DNA of 64,000 nt from the NCBI RefSeq assembly GCF_009914755.1, contig NC_060939.1; one strand, written 5' to 3'. Positions 59,914 to 64,000 of the stretch are shown in pieces. The position numbers were made by a program, and so were the translations under genes. The DNA is from the human T2T-CHM13v2.0 reference genome, Homo sapiens. The first letter of the stretch is position 1; every line of letters begins with the position of its first letter. The notes beneath the pieces were generated by a model. It searched no databases and was not told the DNA's origin. It was given only the letters and a program-made list of their open reading frames with translations.

Positions 59914-60315
59914 CTGTGGGTGATAGTGAATTATTTTTTTCAAAGTAGTTTAAAAAATTTTATCAGTTCTCTGACAGAAATACTGGTGATAAACATTGTG
60001 TAAAGGGAATATGTTCGCTCACTCATTCTACACAAATTTATTGAGCACCCAGTATGTACCAGGTACTATGCTAGATGTAGATGGTATATAGATAAATATG
60101 ACACAAGAATACTCTCAAGCTGTTAAGCCTACTCCTTATTATCAAAACTTCAGTCTAAGACACATAGAGTATAAATATCTGCCTCCTATAAAGAGAGGAG
60201 CTGAACATATTTAGATTAACTAGTAAAAAGTAGTAAAAGAGCTTTATAGCTATAACTGGAAGAGCTACTGAAATTACTGAAATAACCAAGATTGAAAAAA
60301 AAGTGATATTCACAC

Positions 60316-61397
60316 CTGTTGTGATTCTTGTAGCAAAAATTTGAGTTCCATCCTTACTGAAGCCAAACCACCACCTTGGGCCCCATGAAGGCTACAGTAG
60401 CTGAGAAATACTCTCAGGAGATCTTGGTTTTTCTGCAACCACGACTTTCGTCTTTCTGCATGCTCTCGTTTGGCCTGCAATCTTCTTCTTTCTATTTGAT
60501 GGCGCTCATAGGAACCAATATCTGGTTTGTCTACCATTTCTTCCTGATCCAGCAGATCACTCTCTACTTTGGAATATGTCTTACTGGAATACTCTTTAAT
60601 AACTGATTCATGATTACATATCTCATGCAAGGCAGCAATTTCCTTTTCAAGCCAGTTATAGAGTTGAAATCTGAGTTTTCCTCCATCTACTTCATAACCT
60701 GTAGCCAATGTTCTTAATTCAGTCATAAGGATCTTTAAACAAGCTCTGAATTTTAGTTGTTCAGCAATCACATCAACTTCAGTATCACCTTCAGGATCAT
60801 CCTCTTCCTGAGGTGTTAATAACATGTTAGGGTCTGAGGCCTTCTGATCTGATTGTTTATCTTTTTCCCTGGCATCTGTACTTTTCATCACTAAACCAAC
60901 AGCATCGTCTTCCTCTTCATCTAAGGCACTGTCGTGATCTTCACCCCAATCAAGATTAAGAGGTTCCTCATCAACTTTTACTATTGGCTGACTCCAGTCA
61001 TACTGTGATGAAGTTACATTTGACCATTCAATGCCAGAACTTCCATTGCCATCACTCAGAGCTTTTGAATGTGAAGGTACATCATCCATCCTGTGAGAAA
61101 TGAAGTCAGGCTGATCTTTTTTTGCAGATAAGGCAGATGTTTTGGTTACTTTTGGAATTTTGGAGAGTACCTCCAAGGCTAAAACAGGGCATCCAACTTT
61201 AAAATGAGCATTTGCAGTGGTAAAGAATAATTTTCTTTCTATGAGGTTAATTTTATCAACAAAGTTCTTCTCAGTTTTGAGACCTAAGGTTGCCAAAGTT
61301 CCTTCAGGGGAGGCAAGATTTCTTCGAATGAGCAAAGGATGAGTTCGAAGGTAGTTATAAAAACTAAATGCCACCGGGTTACAAGACTTGATGATAA
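60316..61397 (-). CDS. DMXL2: DMXL2 large exon, 1082 nt (IIKSCNPVAFSFYNYLRTHP...LLQESQQ)
   Basis: tag|TT acceptor, CAG|gtgtga donor. FSFYNYLRTHPLL, TANAHFKVGCPVLALEVL and IAEQLKFRACLKIL are DmX-family motifs. Confidence 0.97.
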
Positions 61398-62569
61398 CTA
61401 TAGAAATCAAACAGATAAAATCACAAAGCATTGTGTTAATATGTATTTACATTACAAAACAATAAAATACGTCAGCATTTCTTCAAAAAAACAACATGTA
61501 AATATTAACCTACGATAGGTTACACTATGGCATATACAATCATTACAACTGTACAGCTGAAATAGAAAGAATTTCCCAATATGCTACGGAGTGATTCCCA
61601 TCACTATAGAGTGATGTCCAGGATACACTAAGAAAAAGAAGATGCAGAAAGTACATGTAGTAAGCTACCTTTTATCTATCTAAGACAGTGAAGAGGAAAT
61701 ACAAATACACACTCATGCATATTGGCTTATCATTTTTAAATGGAAGACAAACACAAAAAATTTTAATTGATTCCTTAAAAGGGGAGAGCAAAACAGGGAA
61801 AAAAAGAGCTAGATTTCTCTGAAAATACACTGGTTTTATATATTTTATTTTAACACCATGTCAACATTTTACATAATTTTAAAATAAAACCAAATCTAAA
61901 CCACAATTCACAAAAGGCAAAATTAAACAAATCAGTCTATCAAGTTGGTAGCATAATCACACAGAGATGAACTCTAAAAAGTGAGTTAAAAACAAGTAAT
62001 TTGACTGTACATCCTTAGCAGAATGTACCATAAAACAAAAAAATTCTGCAAAAAAGCTTAAATTATGTTCAGAATCATGTTATTATAAAAATATCTATAT
62101 TATTATTCTGAAACTTATATGCACATAGATAGCAAATAACTATGTTCATGCCATGAGAATCCAAACATTTCATTATAAGACACAAACTTGACATCTAAGA
62201 AGAAAGAACCCTATAATCTATATGTGCATGAGAAATAGCAGGGTAAACTCCTAAATTCTAAGGAAAAAAAATTTCCTAATTCCATTCATTGCAATAGTCT
62301 AGAAATTATGACAAGATTAGTACCAATGAGGATCCTGGTGCCCAAACTATAGTTTCTAAATATTATTCCCCACTAAAAGGAAGCAGAATGCTTTGGAGGA
62401 ATGGTCATTTCCAGGTCTGGGGCAGGAAATGTACAAGATGACCCTTAAACATTTTGTAGTACCAGAAAGCAAGAAAACTATCAAGAAATAATGCCAGAAG
62501 AATTCAGAAACCTGAAGAAGTTCCCATTTGTGAAAGAACAATCTGAGCATCCATAAAAATAAACCAAGA

Positions 62570-64000
62570 GAATGATGCCAGCAAGATGGCTGCTAGACAC
62601 ACCTGGCATTCATCCTCCGAAAAGAAAGGACCAAGGCAATGAACAAACAGCTAAGATTTGACTGGAGTGTCAAAGGGAGAGCACTAGAGTGCAGCAGGGG
62701 AGTGGAGATGCACCTGTGGTGACTGCAAGTCTAGGAGAGCAGTGTGGAGGTACCCGGCCTCTGCAGCCCTATCTCCCCCACCCAGACTGGATCTGCCCAC
62801 AGTCAGGAAGAACTTCTCATTGCAGAGGGGAAAAGGTAAACAGAAGATCCCCATCAGCCCTCATGGCCACCACAAACATCTACAGTCCTTACAACAGAAG
62901 AATCCCATAGTACTTGCAAGCCCTGTGTCCAGTTTGGAGAGACGTCAGAAGTTCACGCAACGGCACTGACCCAGATTAGGAGCATAAGGTGTGTGCCCTC
63001 CACCTACCGCCAGTGAGCCAAGCTGCTGCAGCACAAGCACTATCTTGAGACCAGTCACCTCTGGCATGCGCACTGCTCTGGGGGCCAGGAGTCACTGTAC
63101 CTCTCCAACACTGGGGACCCGTCTTCATTCCAAGCCTACATGGGTAGCTGAATGCTACAATCCCAGCTATGCAGAGCCTAGGACCACGACTGGCTATGAC
63201 TTTGGTCCTGCATGGCAGGGAAATCAACCCCTACCATCACACTTTTGGTCAGAGAAACAATCTGGCAGTCTTGCCCAGGGTGAACCTGCCCTTGAGCCAG
63301 CCAAACCACTACATACATACCCTCCCCCAAATGGGAGAGGTCTCCAAGCCTACGAGCAGCTGATATGCCCCCAGGCCAGCAAAGCAGCTACATGCCCACA
63401 CTCAGGACCTCAGAAACAGCGTGCAGCGCCCCTGCTCCCTGCACTCAGAGTTCTGGCCTGCCAAAGGCCCTGCGCCTGCAATCAAAGCCTGAGAAATAGT
63501 CCTTCGGGCCGCCCCTGGCAGCACACCACCAGGCCAGCCAAGCAGCCAAGAGCCCACTTCCACGGCCCTGTGGGCTATCCCTGGTGGACACATCCCAGCC
63601 TGGTCAAACAGCCCTGCAGGCTGCTCCCAGTGTGCACACCCCTTAGCCAGCTGAACAGCCTTGCACCAGTCTCAGACCTGAGAAATAGCCCCATGAGCCC
63701 CTAACAGAAACGCCCCCATGCCAGCTGAGCAGCCTTATGCCCACACCTCAGGCCTGAGGAGCAGCCTCACTGCCACCCCAGCTAACATAGTACCAGACCA
63801 GCTGAGCAGCCCTGCACCTGCATCACAGGTATACAAATAACCCATGGGCAACACCTGCAGAAACACCCCCAGGCCAGCTGAGCAGCCATGCAATCGTGTC
63901 ATGGGCCTGAGAAATAGCCTTATCCCCACCCCTAACAGACAAAACCCCAGGCCAGCTGAGTAGCCGTGAGGCCACATATGAGCCCTGTGGGCTGCTTCTG
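62570..64000 (+). mobile_element. Old L1M 5' UTR with ~75-80-bp degenerate tandem subrepeats
   Basis: Starts near CAAGATGGC (YY1-like L1 5' end); recurring GCCTGAGAAATAGCC and CCCCAGGCCAGCTGAGCAGCC units from ~63360. Confidence 0.65.

Noticed and set aside
62991-63704. 237-aa Pro-rich ORF
   Set aside because: It lies inside an old L1 5' UTR repeat array, has no domain-like features and has a non-ATG start.
63360-64000. Repeat-spacer pattern resembling a CRISPR array
   Set aside because: Eukaryotic intron; repeats are degenerate, the spacers are related to each other and there are no cas genes.

Overview
Human (primate) genomic DNA. Bases ~27.5-61.4 kb hold the 3' part of DMXL2 (rabconnectin-3 alpha, V-ATPase regulator) on the minus strand: 21 coding exons with GT-AG boundaries and consistent phases, ending in a C-terminal WD40 propeller, a TAA stop at 28759 and a ~1.2 kb 3' UTR. 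Bases 1-27 kb are almost entirely repeats. They include the 5' half of a young L1HS-type LINE-1 (intact promoter, intact ORF0, ORF1 broken by one CGA>TGA, ORF2 open to the window edge), a MER4 ERV with a tRNA-Arg primer-binding site, MaLR LTRs, old L1s and many Alus. I see no new gene system. The strongest non-obvious signal is a putative internal first exon in a DMXL2 intron (40059-40115, MGRKFEWPFVMKGRQSPEK, strong Kozak, phase-0 GT donor) that would give a stand-alone C-terminal WD40 isoform. It lies next to a 63-nt cassette exon with a GU-rich 3' splice site. Also notable are a NAGNAG acceptor and a 44-bp L1 target-site duplication. Repeat subfamily names and literature links are from memory and unverified.
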